This document shows, one piece after another, positions 13,589 through 27,118 of a DNA stretch of 64,000 nt. The notes below the pieces were generated by a model that searched no databases, had not been told where the DNA came from, and saw only the letters and a program-made list of their open reading frames with translations. Each line of letters starts with the position of its first letter. The first letter of the stretch is position 1. Both the position numbers and the translations under genes were made by a program. The stretch comes from Takakia lepidozioides (Eukaryota; Plantae; Bryophyta). The DNA lies in NCBI GenBank assembly GCA_030704615.1, contig CM060734.1, forward strand, positions 59,520,001 through 59,584,000. Direction: 5' to 3'.

Positions 13589-14222
13589 CTGCATCCCACC
13601 AAAATTGCATGAAAAACCCTCCTTTTGGAGGCACATTTGCATTTTATATTAGTGTGGTACAAGTTCCGGACCATACTTTAACAGTGTTTATCTCCTCTCC
13701 AAGAGCTTTGCACTTAACAGGTGCTCCCCAGTGTGTATGCTCAACAACTAGTACTCCAACTCCTATTAGGTATAAAGTAAAAGAGAGAGCTTATGGAAGG
13801 AATCGAGATCTAGTTCAAAAGAGCTGTCAACAGAATAACACCTGTCTTGAAAGTCTGCATGATAATGCTCACTTCTCCTTGAAGTGTGTGATGCTTTTTT
13901 GGGCCCTGACCAAATGTTTAGGGTTCCTCAACTGGATATTGAGAAGAAATCCCAGTCGAATCATAGGAAATTCCAAGGCATGACTTTGATTATAAGATTC
14001 TGGTTCTCGAAGCTGTCGACATTTGGCGTTTTGCTGGAATCAATGGCTTTCAATATGGCCCATCCTGTTGGTGATGGGACCCTTGAGCAGCCCGTCCAAA
14101 CTTGCAGCTCCCGGTTGACCCTGCTTAACTGGGAGAAGGATATTTACTGTAAAGAAGGTTTCTGCATCATACCCATACCGTTGTGAACACAACATATAAG
14201 GCTTCACAAAATGATGCAAAAC

Positions 14223-16818
14223 CTATAACTTCTCTTTTCTGACCTTACGCTGTTCTGTAAATACCCCTATACTGTTTCCACTATGGCTTTTCTCATTGCT
14301 ATCTCGAGCTGATTCCCTAGCTCTCTGAAAGAAGGGAGCCATGTCCCCAGTCCTGACAGTCACGACCATCTCCATTTCTCCCCTCAATAGTTTTAATCTA
14401 AGCAATTGCCCCACACGAGATGTTTCAACCAACTGTTGAAGCTGTATAGCATTTGACATACCAGTGCCTTCAATTTCCACGATCACATCTCCAGATCTCA
14501 ACCCCCCCACAGCGGCTGGTGAATTACGGGAGACCTTGACAACCATTACACCATTGACTTCTGGTAGGATGAACCCTGAATTGGGATTCTTGTTGTAATG
14601 CCTAGCCAGAGCAGGTGAGAGTGTTGTTGTCTGGATTCCCAGAAATGTGTGGTTTACGGGCAAGCCATTGCCAAGCGCCTCAATAATCTTTTTGGCATGG
14701 TTTATGGGTATTGCAAAGGCAATGCCCTCAGCATCTGCCCGAATCGCCGTGTTAATACCAATCACCTCCCCAAACTCATTCAAAAGAGGGCCCCCGGAAT
14801 TCCCAGGATTAATGGCACAGTCTATCTGAAGAAAATCCAAGCGCTTGTCTGGTATGCCCACTTCTGCAGCTGTTCGGTGAAGGTTACTGATGATACCTAA
14901 ACTGACAGTGTTTTCCAGCCCAAACGGGTTCCCCACAGCAATCACCCAATCACCCAGTTCCACAGTGCTACTGTCTCCCAGTATTGCCTTGGGAAGAACC
15001 TCTCCTCTTTGTATAACGACCTTTACTACCGCCAAGTCAGATATATCATCTGAGGCAGTCACCTTGCCTTCAAAGACTCGACCATCTGTGAAGGTAACCT
15101 TCAAGTACAGATGCACAACAGGTGTGTTAGGAGACTACATGATTGTTTGGGGGGGATGGGCAACGTTGTGATTGCGCAAATGTTTCTCACGCTCCACTTG
15201 AAGCAAACATGGAGGGCAGCATCAAATTCTTTGCCAACATGTGCAAGTATCAATCATTCAATCATACAAAAAGGTTTCTTCTTAGATGTTGAGCTGCTAA
15301 TAAACACCTTGATCAGTAACTGTCAGTCTTTACCTTGACACGATCGGCACCCTTGATTACGTGGGCATTGGTGATGATGATCCCATCCTTGCCATCAAAT
15401 ACGAAGCCACTGCCTTGCCCTCTCTCTCTCAGGATGGTTGGGCCAGATGTGTGCAGATCCCCATCCCCGAAGAATTGTCTAAGCAGATGGTCACGATTCT
15501 GGCTCACTTCTTGGGCTAAAGTGGGGGTGTCTCTCTCAGTGTCAAGGCGCACGACCGCTGGACCCACTTTTTGGGCGGCAAGCTTCACGAAGGAGTTGCT
15601 CTTTCTCCTAGACCCACCTAAACCTCCCCCAAGAAAAAGAAGTGTAGGCTGCGCTCTCAATTCACTCCCGGCCAACACCTTCGCTGTTGAATAACTTGGT
15701 GGCGAATCTGGCTCAACAATGTGAGCTAAATCGGTTCTGAATCCTAAATTAACAGCCCAACTAGCGTCACACTCGCGTCTCAAAGCAACCAAAGTATCCT
15801 CCTGTACATGTAAGGAATTTTTCCCCTTAAACGGAGTTTCCACCTCTACATTCCAGCTGTTTCTCAAGGAAAGAGCCCATAAATCAGGGTCCTGTGTAAA
15901 TCCAATCTCATCTCCTAACAACAGGCAAGTTGAGCGAGAAGTAGCTAAAGCAGTGAGACCTGAAGCTGTGTGATTGGCAGCCATAGCCTGGGCAGCTACT
16001 ATCATGGCAAACAGTGAAGCCAAAACAGACACCACTAGCAATCTGCTGATACAACCGCCGCATGCTTTGGCTAAAGAGACAATTTGGATCCCCTCTGTCG
16101 GCAGTGAAGATAAATCTCTCGGTCCGCTCACACGGAGAGCGTTCCCAGTGCGGAAGAGACATAAAATATATACACAATTTGATATAGCCTTTGCCATCTT
16201 GTGACCAAGAGATAGCGGTCCTTTACGGAAAATTCTGGACCACCGACATGGGACTTCAACGCCAACAAAACTCCGGCGATTCCCATTGCAATGTGCCAAA
16301 TCCAACAATGTGGATATGGACCGCCCCCATTGCCCCCACACCAGATTGTCAGGTACCAAGTTGAACGGAGTAACACTCGATCCCAGAAGTCCAGAGCAAG
16401 ACCGGTAACAGTTGACATGCGATGTGAACGAAGACAGGTCACCAAGTGCATGTCCTTGAGAAAGAATCCCATGACCGTCGTACCTTGAGTGCCTGAACGA
16501 CCTGAAGTTGTTAATCCTTGTAGCATGCTTCTGAACATCACTACCACAATTTGTACTAGCGCTCGATGATAAAACCGTTTGCAAGGAACTACCTAAAGAA
16601 GCATCCGACAAGAGAGAGTCCCCGTGAGCCTGCTGCATCCAAAAAAGTTTCCAGTGACCACAGCATTTTCGTATGTCACTATGACATCTTAAATTGAAGT
16701 TGAGACTTCTTCCATCAGTGCCCTGCTGCTGGAGCCTGGAGGAAGTAGCAGCAAAGGGCAGGGGCATAGGAGAAGGAAGAGGACAGCTTGAAGCCCCTTG
16801 CATGGTGGCCCCTTTCAT
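14223..16818 (-). CDS. Deg/HtrA trypsin-like serine protease with PDZ domain, cyanobacterial HhoA/HhoB-like, probably plastid-targeted
   Basis: Catalytic triad in TNAHV / SDLAV / GNSGGPL, and a PDZ domain (SPAAVGGLRSGDVI). Intron 15333-15099 is GT-AG and in frame. First ATG is at 16818; the true start is uncertain. Confidence 0.9.
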
Positions 16819-18034
16819 CTCGCCCCCTCGCCCAACTCGCCTTACTAGCCGTTGCCCTCTTCCAGACACAGTGCACGATGACCGATGTGCAAGCTGATGG
16901 ATCTCATGGATGACTGAAAGTAGTGTTTCTTTACTTCGAGACGATTGCAACAAAACGCTGTAATCGAACGGACTTCTTCGAAGAGCACTGGATCGGAAGA
17001 AGAGGGCGAAGGAGACGAGAGTCACTATTCGTGAGTCATGATCCCTCTACCGCCTTTATCATGCCTAGAGAACAAACCAAGAGCTATGGTGCTTTTCTCC
17101 TCTGTGGGCATCAGTATAGAGAAAAAGTGAGGGATTGCCTTTGGGCATCTAACGTCGGTGCGCACATGTCCTCTATAACTGGATTTGTGGGTGGTACTTA
17201 AAGTCAGTGCTGTCTTGAGTTCTCACAACTGGTTGAAATAGAGGGAGACTCTAGGGTAGAGAGAGCAATTGCCTGACCCTCTTTTAGAAATGAACCACAA
17301 CAGGTACAGAGTTGGCACAATTGGAGCCCAGATATTACTTCAAAGAACTACATTTGAACAAGGGGGTGCACCTCATGCCACAAAAGAAACCCATTTCAAA
17401 CTCCAGTTACTCCAACAGAAATAAGTCTACTGAAAAAGGTGTAAAGTGTGTAGACCAACAAACCATGCATCAAGCAAGGAGCATTTCCATGATCCCCTAA
17501 CGAAGCAAAGACAATAAAGGCCTTGTTATCATTATGTAGGGCCTCTAGAGCACCTCTCATCCCTGTATGCAGTTTTTAGGACCAGAAGATTACCTTCAAG
17601 AGGCTGGTATTCCAGTGCTGTCTGTTATGTCTAGCACTGAGCTTTCCACAGTCATTATGAAGACTCTCCTCTCTCCCCACAAGTGCTATGCAGGTGCAGG
17701 GTCTAAAGCCAGAATTCCATGGCAGACAAACTAATGAGGACACATACTGCAAATAATTTCTTCTCTCTTTCACTTTTCCAATGATGGTACAATCATAGTG
17801 GTTGACATGAAATTATGCAGCTCAAACATCATACGTTGGAAGCTTTTCATTTGCATTTATGTAAAGAATGACTAAACAGTCCCTACAGATAAATGAAACC
17901 CCACCACAAAAACACATACATAAAAATCTGCTGAGGAGAGTTTCCTTTGGTTAGTGAACTTGTTGCTGGAAGTCAAGGTTGAGGAGCCGAGCTAAAGAAT
18001 TGAAATTGTGGTTGGAACCTTCATACAAGTGGTG

Positions 18035-21000
18035 CTAGCCGGCAGAAGTCCCTGACTGCTGTGTGCTTTGTTTCTGTGTCAAAATGGCAGCTTTCATGGC
18101 GTTGTAATAAGCCCAATCTTTCTTTAGAGCTGCACCTGCCCTCATCTCTTCAGAAAGAGTCTGCAAGCCAGCAACTGGGGTTTGGTCAACTACATTTGAC
18201 TTAGAAGAGATCAGCATCATCAAACCCACCTACTTGAAATCAAACACCAACCCTGCAAGGACTAAAGTTACAGTATATCTAAATTGATAATAAATATGCT
18301 TGTCTGAGTTACCTCGTATTTCTTCACGAGAGAAGTCCACATGGAGCTACATTGCTGACCAGTGCGATCAAATCCTCCCTCTGCCATAACCGCAGCCACA
18401 TCCTGCCATAGAAGAACCTTCTTCTTTTGTGCCGTTGCAAATTTGGGCTCCATCCCCGTCCTCAATTCAATCAGCTTCATTGTCTCACTCACCCTATGCA
18501 TTGGAGGTTCAGCAAGAGCTCAGTTACCACAAATAAGAGCCTGGTGATTATCACAGTATTGATGGTGTAAGTTACTTCCATATACCCATCTTCATGGAAA
18601 ATGCCAAATGGTTCCGCAAAAAGATTGAAGGGCTGTGTGTTCTGCAAAGCCAAGTGAAACCAGACATGTCTTCTGGACATTATTTCTGTAGATTGATGAT
18701 AACAACAGCTTAAGATCTCCACCATGATTCCTTGGCTTCAATTCCTTCTTCATTCCGCAATCGCCTTAGCTATTTAGCAGCTTTTTCTGCCACACTGATT
18801 ATTGCCAAGATTCAACCTGTGTGTGAAGTACTAGACATGCTGACATTTGGTGGAAAAATCCCACCTCTTTGGGAGAGACGTGGTGGAAAGGACCATAAAA
18901 TAGGAGGGAACAGATATGTTTACAATCATACGCTGCACAAATGAAAGGGGTCAGAATTCAGTGAGCAAACATACGTCCATCTCCGCCGCTTGATGGGAAG
19001 AGATGGCAATTCATCTTCCTCGTCAGTTGTGGAAGAAGGAAATGGCATCTTGGCAGCAACTGGCACCGGATGTTCATCATCGCTCGCTGATTCTGCAGAT
19101 ATCACACAGTCACTCTGATTGGACTACACTAATTACTGTGTCTGACTGAAATGTCCATGATTTGAGAACCATCTACTGCGTCCGGGCCTCCCCTGCCCTC
19201 TGAAGATTTATTACCATGAGAGCAGATGTTTCAGACAACTGAAAGTAAGAAAAGATGCTGAAGGCACTGCCATACCTGCTGAAGGCACTGCCACAGCATT
19301 ATCTGATGCTAGCTCAATGTCATCTGTGCCTCTAACTGCACCTTCTTCTTGAGGCCTTAGCTCAACAGTTGGACCCAGACCTTCAAAGCTCACTTCTTCA
19401 AAGCTCAGTTTTGTCAAACCTACCGAGGACCCTCGCAATGTCATAGGAGACTGCTTGACCTCCTCTGTGCCTCTGACTGCAACTTCTTCCTCAAGTGTCG
19501 TCTCAATGGATTGACGTAGACTTTCAAAGCTCGGTTCTCTGAGACCATTGACGCTCACTTCTGTCTCACCTATTAAAGACCCTGGCAATGGCATAGGAGA
19601 TCGCTCCTGACTACTCTGGTTAGCGTGGACATGCATGGGTGTTCGAGTGACTGTCTCTGAAGCATCTGTTGCAATTACAATAACCTCAGGCCGCCGGTTG
19701 TTGTACTTCTGTACAACTTTGCGGAGCACCACCCCAACATGGCGCTCAATTGCAGCCAGTGTGGCATGACGGCGACAGCTGGCAAGTGCCACATCAGCAG
19801 CCTGTTGTAGAGCCTCGAGGAGTTTGCCACCATCCACCCATAGACAGCGGGTTGTGATACGGACCCGACCCCTTAAGCCAAAATCATCAGCTTCGTTCCT
19901 TCCCTCCAAAATCTCTTCATCTTCTTCATATCGCCTATGAGTCGCTACGTCATGCCTAAGAACCTCCACACTGCAAAGGTGGGCACCAGTTTTGACCTAC
20001 TTTGGTGAGAGATAGAGCAACAAGACTCTTCTCTCCTGCAACAAAAAGATCCTACTGAAGACAAGAAAGCCAAAATTGGAGACAGTGCGTATATGGCAAG
20101 CACAAAAGAAGATTCTTAATTTTATCCATCAAGAGTGTGCATCAAAAGAATCCCAGCCACAAACCTCAACCTTATATAGATTGGTTCTTCCACCTTACTA
20201 TATAGATGATCAACTACCTGGCAACCACAAGACCATCCAAAGCAATTTGCATGCGCTCCTGCACACACAAGTCTGTTGCTGTTCCAAATGCCTTGTCCCC
20301 ATCATTGTACATCAGCTGCACACAGTCCAGATTCCATGTAAGCTCAATCTTCTGGTAACTGTGTATGAACACTTCCCATCAAACAATTACCAAAACTGCA
20401 GAAACAGACTTGGTCCATGGTAATAATAGACTTGCAGGTTACACCTGGATAAGTTCAAAAACCACAGAGGTCTCACACCAACCAATGAAAAGCTTCACCA
20501 ACCTTCAACTTCTCCTTTCCAAGGGATGAAAATCCACTTGAAAGCACCCGCCCATTTCTCAAAGGAGCCACCCCCAGCATCTCCCCATTTTTAATCACCT
20601 GCATTTCAGTAGTACCTGATCAGTACAGAAAAAATCCTAGGGTTGCCTTGACAGGATTGGTCATCCTCACAGAAACAACTTGATATTCTCTGAGATCTCT
20701 GTCCTTTCCAAAGATCCATCCCTTTATCAAAGGTCCCCCACAGGACCGGTCATCACGTTCTCCCTTACTTTACGAGGCTACTGCAAAGGAATCTATCCAA
20801 GATGGAGTTAAGGTTGAATATCTATGGCTTCCCCTCTGTTGATTCATGAGACGCTGCAAGCATAGTCTCATCAGTACATTTTTCTCTCTCCCAACTCCCT
20901 CTCACCTTCCCTGTTCTTTATCCTATCCTTGCTAAACCTTTGGAACGATTGAACACCTGGCTGGGCACTCCATATATTAGTTGTATACTTGTTCCAAACG

Positions 21001-24000
21001 TCCAAATAAAAACCCTAAGGGTTGAAACATACAGTGGTGTGCCGAATGCCATTAGCTTTGCCGAGGAGTTCATGCTCTTTCAGAAAAGCAAATTCACCAT
21101 GTACAGGTAGAAAATGCTGTGGTTTCACCAGTCTCAACACCTCCTCCTTCAAAAATCACAGAAAAACTACCAGCTTCAATACTTGTCTCCATTCTCGAAG
21201 GGCCAGTGACCACTGTCTCATTACATGTTCAAAACATGTCAGCACTGCATCCTTACCAATTGGATTTAGTAACAGACCAAGAGCTCTCTCAGACCCTGGA
21301 CATGCACGTTCCACAAACTACTGCAGCGAATCAATCAAACACAACAGATCTTCTTGGCAGAAAAAGGCATACCAGCTCGCCGCGATATGCATGACCTGAA
21401 GTGTGCAAGTTATCTCCACGGCCCATGACAATGCTAGGCCCAAGCTCCGCAACGCGATTCATCATCTTCACCACACGTGTCTCATTCCCAGGTATCATCT
21501 GTTGGATGATTTTGATGATTGCAAGAGCAGCGCAGCATTTTAAAGTTAGCTACCCTCCAGCTTCAGGAGATGACCCTCTCTCTCCAACTCCCCTCTTGTG
21601 ACAAAAGAAAACTGGTCACATGGAGAGATCTATACATAGTTTGTCCCTCTGTGTCCCAGCCTTGATCCTTGCTAACAAGGTGTCCACGATGGCCTCAAAG
21701 CTACTGCAGAACCTATGCCGGGAGCTCATTGACGGAAAGAGTCTGGTTGTTCACTTTTCTTTCCATGCACTCACCAAACAGAACATAATCTTGACCCAAT
21801 GGTCCGATTGACATCTGTCACCAACTGTACCTGAAGTGCAAGAGCTTTGGCATTGGTGCCACAAAAGTGGCATAGGAACCCAAACACATAGAACTGTCTG
21901 GAGATGAATTTTCATCCTACCAAACATGTCTGCCATGAAAGAAAGGTTAAACAAAGGCTCAAGTTTACAGGAAGGTTTACTATGTAAAACAGATGGACTT
22001 TCCTGAATTCGGTATTGACAGGCAGTGTAACTAGGATGTTATTCCATTATGTTATGAACCAGACTCACCTTTGCAGAGTAGAGAACCACGTCATCTCTGT
22101 TAAGCTTGAGTAGGCGGCTCGTGCCATGGGAGGCCAAATTGAGTGCTGCCCGTGGCTCTGCCTGTGTCCCCCAGATACATTTTCTTTGAGTCTGTTGCAT
22201 TTTCTTTGCATGTTGAAGGACTGTCTCCCTACTCAAATTAAAATCCATTCACATTTATGGGCTGACTACTTGCTAGCAAGTGGCTAAACCAGAAAAACTC
22301 TGCCAAGAAGCATTCGTCCAGAAATAGAATCTTGGCTTTTGAGCTGAACAATGGACAAACCTGAGATCCAGTGGTAACAATCAGAAGGTCTCTTGGTGCA
22401 TAGGCCCCCATATCCTCTGCTTTTACCTGCAACTCAAGGAAGGGAGGACCCCCACAAATACATCATCCTCCATAATCCGTGTGCTAAACAAACTGTACTA
22501 GCATTGATCATCCATGTTTCAGGATAAATCCATAACACAAATAAAGATACAAATTGTCCCCAACAAAAATTTACACATGCACATAAAACTGGACACGCAT
22601 TTCTATGCAAATTATTAATACCAATCAAGCCACCGACGTGTTTAGCTCCTGTCTCAAGCACAAAAAAGTTCCCAAATGTTTACTGCCTGCAAGGAAAAGT
22701 TTACCAAAATAGACGGATCAAAGGGTGCCTGTCCATCTCTCCAAGCAGCATCCAGATATGTCCTGAGTGACAACCCGATGAAAACCTGTTGTATATTGCC
22801 AAGATACATCAGTAAGTAGGCGCTCAGAGCTTTTATATTTTTGAAAAAGATGCAAAGGGCATGCTAAAGGTACCATTTTCCGTCCTGAAGCTTCTGCGGC
22901 TGCTCTCACACTACCTAGGCGATGCACATTGGAGGCAAATTGGGTGGTGATAACCCGTCCTTTGGCTTTCAAAATTTTCCGCAACAATGCCTGTGCCACA
23001 TCTGCTTCACTGGTGGTTCTGCCTGGTGACAGCACATTGGTGGAATCGCTCATCATCTGCTCAGCCCAACCACTGAACCAATTAGAAGACGTCCCTACCA
23101 TGAGAACAGGGATTACTCTTCCTGAGCAAAGAATACGGGTTAAGTGAGGACCCCTCATCACTGGTCAGCTGTGGACTCATGAAATAAGCAACACAGTTGA
23201 GTAGAATTCATCCACCACTGCCTTCTGACAATGGAGCAGGGTTCATAGTCTACTAATCCATGGTTCAGTAGCGTTTCTCTAACCCTTTGCAGTGTCCAAG
23301 AACACCAGCCCAGGAATCTGATTTGAGCTGCGTGGCAAATCCGATGTTACCAGATGCATTAGGCAACCTCTATTTTCAATTTCTGAGATTGCATTGCTTG
23401 CTAATGCATAGCTCCAGATCACTACAGCAGTGTCAGCAGGACAAAATATGTGTATTAGGATAAATAACTCATTCTTCAGAATCCTTACCAAAGTCACACC
23501 TTCCTTTTGAAGTTGCTCAAGAGCTGTCCGGTCAAATATATTTCCATCTACTGGTGACTCATCAATCTGCACATGGGCATGTTGGATGGAGTCAAGACTA
23601 AGTGCTTTGTAGCAAGGGAGTAACTCAGTTACCTTTTGTAAGGTTCTTGATCAATTATAAAGACCAAATCAAGAACTTCCACTAGAAGAGATAGACCTGC
23701 CAAAAGTTAACATCTGTCACAAAAGTTTGCCCACCAGGGTTTTACAGACCACTATCCTGCAATCCGGTCTAATTGCAGATCACTCATCTTCCAAACTGCA
23801 TGACCATCTATGTAGAAACAAGCAGGTTCGTATATTCCTTTCCAAATACATTGGCAATATGCAAGGTATCACGGATGGACATGGCACAAGGAAAGATACT
23901 TAGCCTTCAACATTGTCTTCAACTGCACAGCCTACCTTCCAGTCACCTGTGTGAAAAATAATGCCATCTTTGCATCTCATGACAAGACCACAGCAGTCAG

Positions 24001-26238
24001 GGATTGAGTGAGTGACACGGATGGGCTCCATTTCAAAAGGACCCGCAACAAAGCGTGTGCGCATACTAAATGTGCGTAGTCGTCCTTCTGTAGGTATGTT
24101 GTACTCCTTCAGCCGCCTCTTGATTAACTTTAGGATATCAACAACCAAACCAATGTCAGCAGACACAGAAACAGAACGTAAAGTAAAATATTTTATTCAC
24201 TTTTCACTTCCACCTTGTAAATGTCATCAAAGAAACCCTATCCTCTATGCACATGAAAAGTTTCAATACCTGCATTGTAAAGCCTGTTGCGTAGATGGGG
24301 GTCCTGGGATCAAGTGCTGGAACAACCTACCAGCAACCACCACGGAATGAACAGCAGTATCTTCCAGTGAAGTGGAATGCACCAATCTTGTGTGAATCTC
24401 AGAACAATTAAGGCTGTCCAATTACAAGCACATACACACGCATTCTCCAAAGTCACTTGAAAGAAAGAGGAGGGAAATAAATCAGGCCATCCTCACTATG
24501 CCACACTACGGAAAGCGATACGCACCCTACTCCACAATAGCTCAATCAAGAGTTCCACAGTAGCCGAAGTACCCAAGGCAAGGCCCCGATGTGATCTTCA
24601 TGGCCATGGGTGATAACTACAGCCTCAATCTTATCCCTCCACCGGTGTATGAATCCAGTATCTGGCAAGACTTTCTGCACACCGAGCTCATCATAGCTGT
24701 GAACAAGACAAGAAGTAAGACTCATCCGTCAATATTAATTCAAGGGTGAATGATGCCACATTCAGTTTCTCAGAATGCATCATATAAAAATTATTTAGTA
24801 CCACAAATTTGGGTGTGTACACGAGGAAAGCCACACAGATGAAGGGAGATGCCAATATCCTTCTGGGCCATTTTAAGTTGACTCACACAAAGCCTGCCAG
24901 CATGCCATAGTCAACACCTGCTAGTAAGGTAACTATGCCTTTCCAGATAAAGATGCTGATGTTGGACGTATGAAAGGCCTAAACCCTCGGTAAAAATAGG
25001 AGCAAACTTACTCCGGGAACATAAGACCAGCATCTATCAAGATGTAGCGGTCATAATGCCCTACAAGCATGCAGTTCATGCCAATTTCCCCAAGGCCTCC
25101 AATTGGGAGAATGCGAAGAGGGGGGCCCTCCTTCCCTTCATGAAAAGACCGCATTTTTCGGTGCACAGAGTCATCCCTGCTTCGTCCAGCACCCTCGTAA
25201 TGCCCAGGGTGTCGCCTTGATCTGTGTGACATGGTGGCACCTGCAATCATAATACATGAGTGACAAAACACTCCATTTCACTGAGAGGTTCTTGTCCGAA
25301 ATCTTAGTTAGGTAAGCTTCAAAGCTGAAGCAAAACTAACCAGAGACAGAGGCAAAGAAGGAGACACACCGGATCCTACTGCAGATATGCCTAGTGAATT
25401 TGAACCACAATAGATGAGAAAAACCATCCATTAAATCCTGTCAAATATCAGAATCTCCATCCCAAAACATCACTCTATTAAGACCGGACTATGAAGCTGA
25501 CTATGAAGTTGCACACAAATATGGATTGCTAGGTTAAGAACCATAGTTGTGGCGTGGTTTGAGCAGGATTGGCGATATTGGAGTATCCAAGGCTCAAGCC
25601 CATAGACCCTGCGTATCCTATCCCCGTGGAGGTTGTAGATAGAGTGTTCTACGGGTGTCAGACGGGACCCAAAAAATGGCTATGAGAGCTCGTTGGTCCA
25701 CGTTTCATGCCACACCTCAGTCACTGTGAGGATCTGAGTCTCCATACACTCATCACAGAAACCCCACAACTAACTCATAGAGCTCATGATCTCTTCTCCC
25801 TCCATGCAGTGAATCAGACAAAGGAAGGGAAAAAAAAAAAAAAACTCCAGGAGATAGAAGGACGACATCACACTCACTCTGCTCTACAGCGCCATACCAT
25901 GACCTCCAATGAAACGGGTGAAATTCTTGTCGAATACTCAGGGACAAACACGCAGGCTGAAACACTACTAAGCCCAATTTGCCGACTCCCCCTCCCAACA
26001 GAGAAATGGAAAAAAATGCGGAGTCTATACCTCTCTCGGGAGGCGTCATGGCGATCACCCGGAAGGGTCTGAGACCCGGCATTGCCAAAATAGATGCCCA
26101 TTTCAGCTCCACAACCTGACCCGTCAATCTACTGCATGACATCAGTCCTCCCATCCGTTCACCCACAAAAGACGTAGACAGGGCCTTGGGCATGGCCTCT
26201 CCCTGCGCACTCAGCAGAGCGCCGGGGCAGGCTGCCAT
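18035..26238 (-). CDS. RNJ: Chloroplast ribonuclease J (MBL/beta-CASP plus C-terminal GT-1 trihelix domain), multi-exon
   Basis: Motifs [52 protein letters not shown]. Trihelix [27 protein letters not shown]. Transit-peptide-like exon 1 (26238-26031); stop at 18035. Confidence 0.93.
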
Positions 26239-27118
26239 CCCTGTGCATGTGCAGAGAACAATCACGAGGGAAGCACGAAGAGACCCACAAAGCAAAATAA
26301 GCACCACACACAATGAACTCTACAACGCTTTGGGTTTTCAAGGTTTTCAAACTGGGGTCATCTTCAGAGCATCAGGATATATCTGTGGGCTCCCACCAGC
26401 CACTGCCTGTAAGGAATTAGTAGGGTGTGCTCATATGCTGAGTGGATGAAGCTGAGTGGATGAACCGTTGGCGCTAAACCCTGACAAGGAAAGGCACTGT
26501 CTGCGGCCTGGTGTCCACCACGGAAACAGGGCACCACACAGAGAATTCTGGGTGTTGACATGGCGCTCAATAATTGGGCGGGCATGCATCTCACTGGCCA
26601 TAATGGAGGAGAGAAAGCAGGGATTCCAGAGTGAGAAGGATGCTTTCATACTTTGAACAAATGGGTATGTAGGCTCGAGGCGGCAGTTTCACGGTGGGGA
26701 GAGGCTTGCACACATGGATGTGGGATCAGGTGGTGACTCAGATGTGGTGGAGTCAATGCGGGTATAGATCTGAAAGCGAGTTTTTCTGATCTGGGTTATG
26801 TTGATATGTAGCTGCAGCTGTCTAAAATACCCGCTCTTCGGATGTGAGTAGCAATAATGCTGGCCCTTTCGAAGATAGCTTTAAGATGAGTGCAGGATTG
26901 TTCCGGAGTCAGTTGTGTGAAGAATGCGGATTTTTGGCTGGTTCCTCAAGTGGGTGAAGGTCGTTAAGAGTCACTGATAGTGGACTCCTTGTGGGCTTGG
27001 AGAGGGACAGGTTACAACTTTGTAGTCTGCGTCTAGTCCATGGCATTTAGATCATTGCGCCTGCAGAATGAAACGTTAGGAGCTGCGTGAGTTTCATTGC
27101 TGACCTCGGGCAGTTGAG

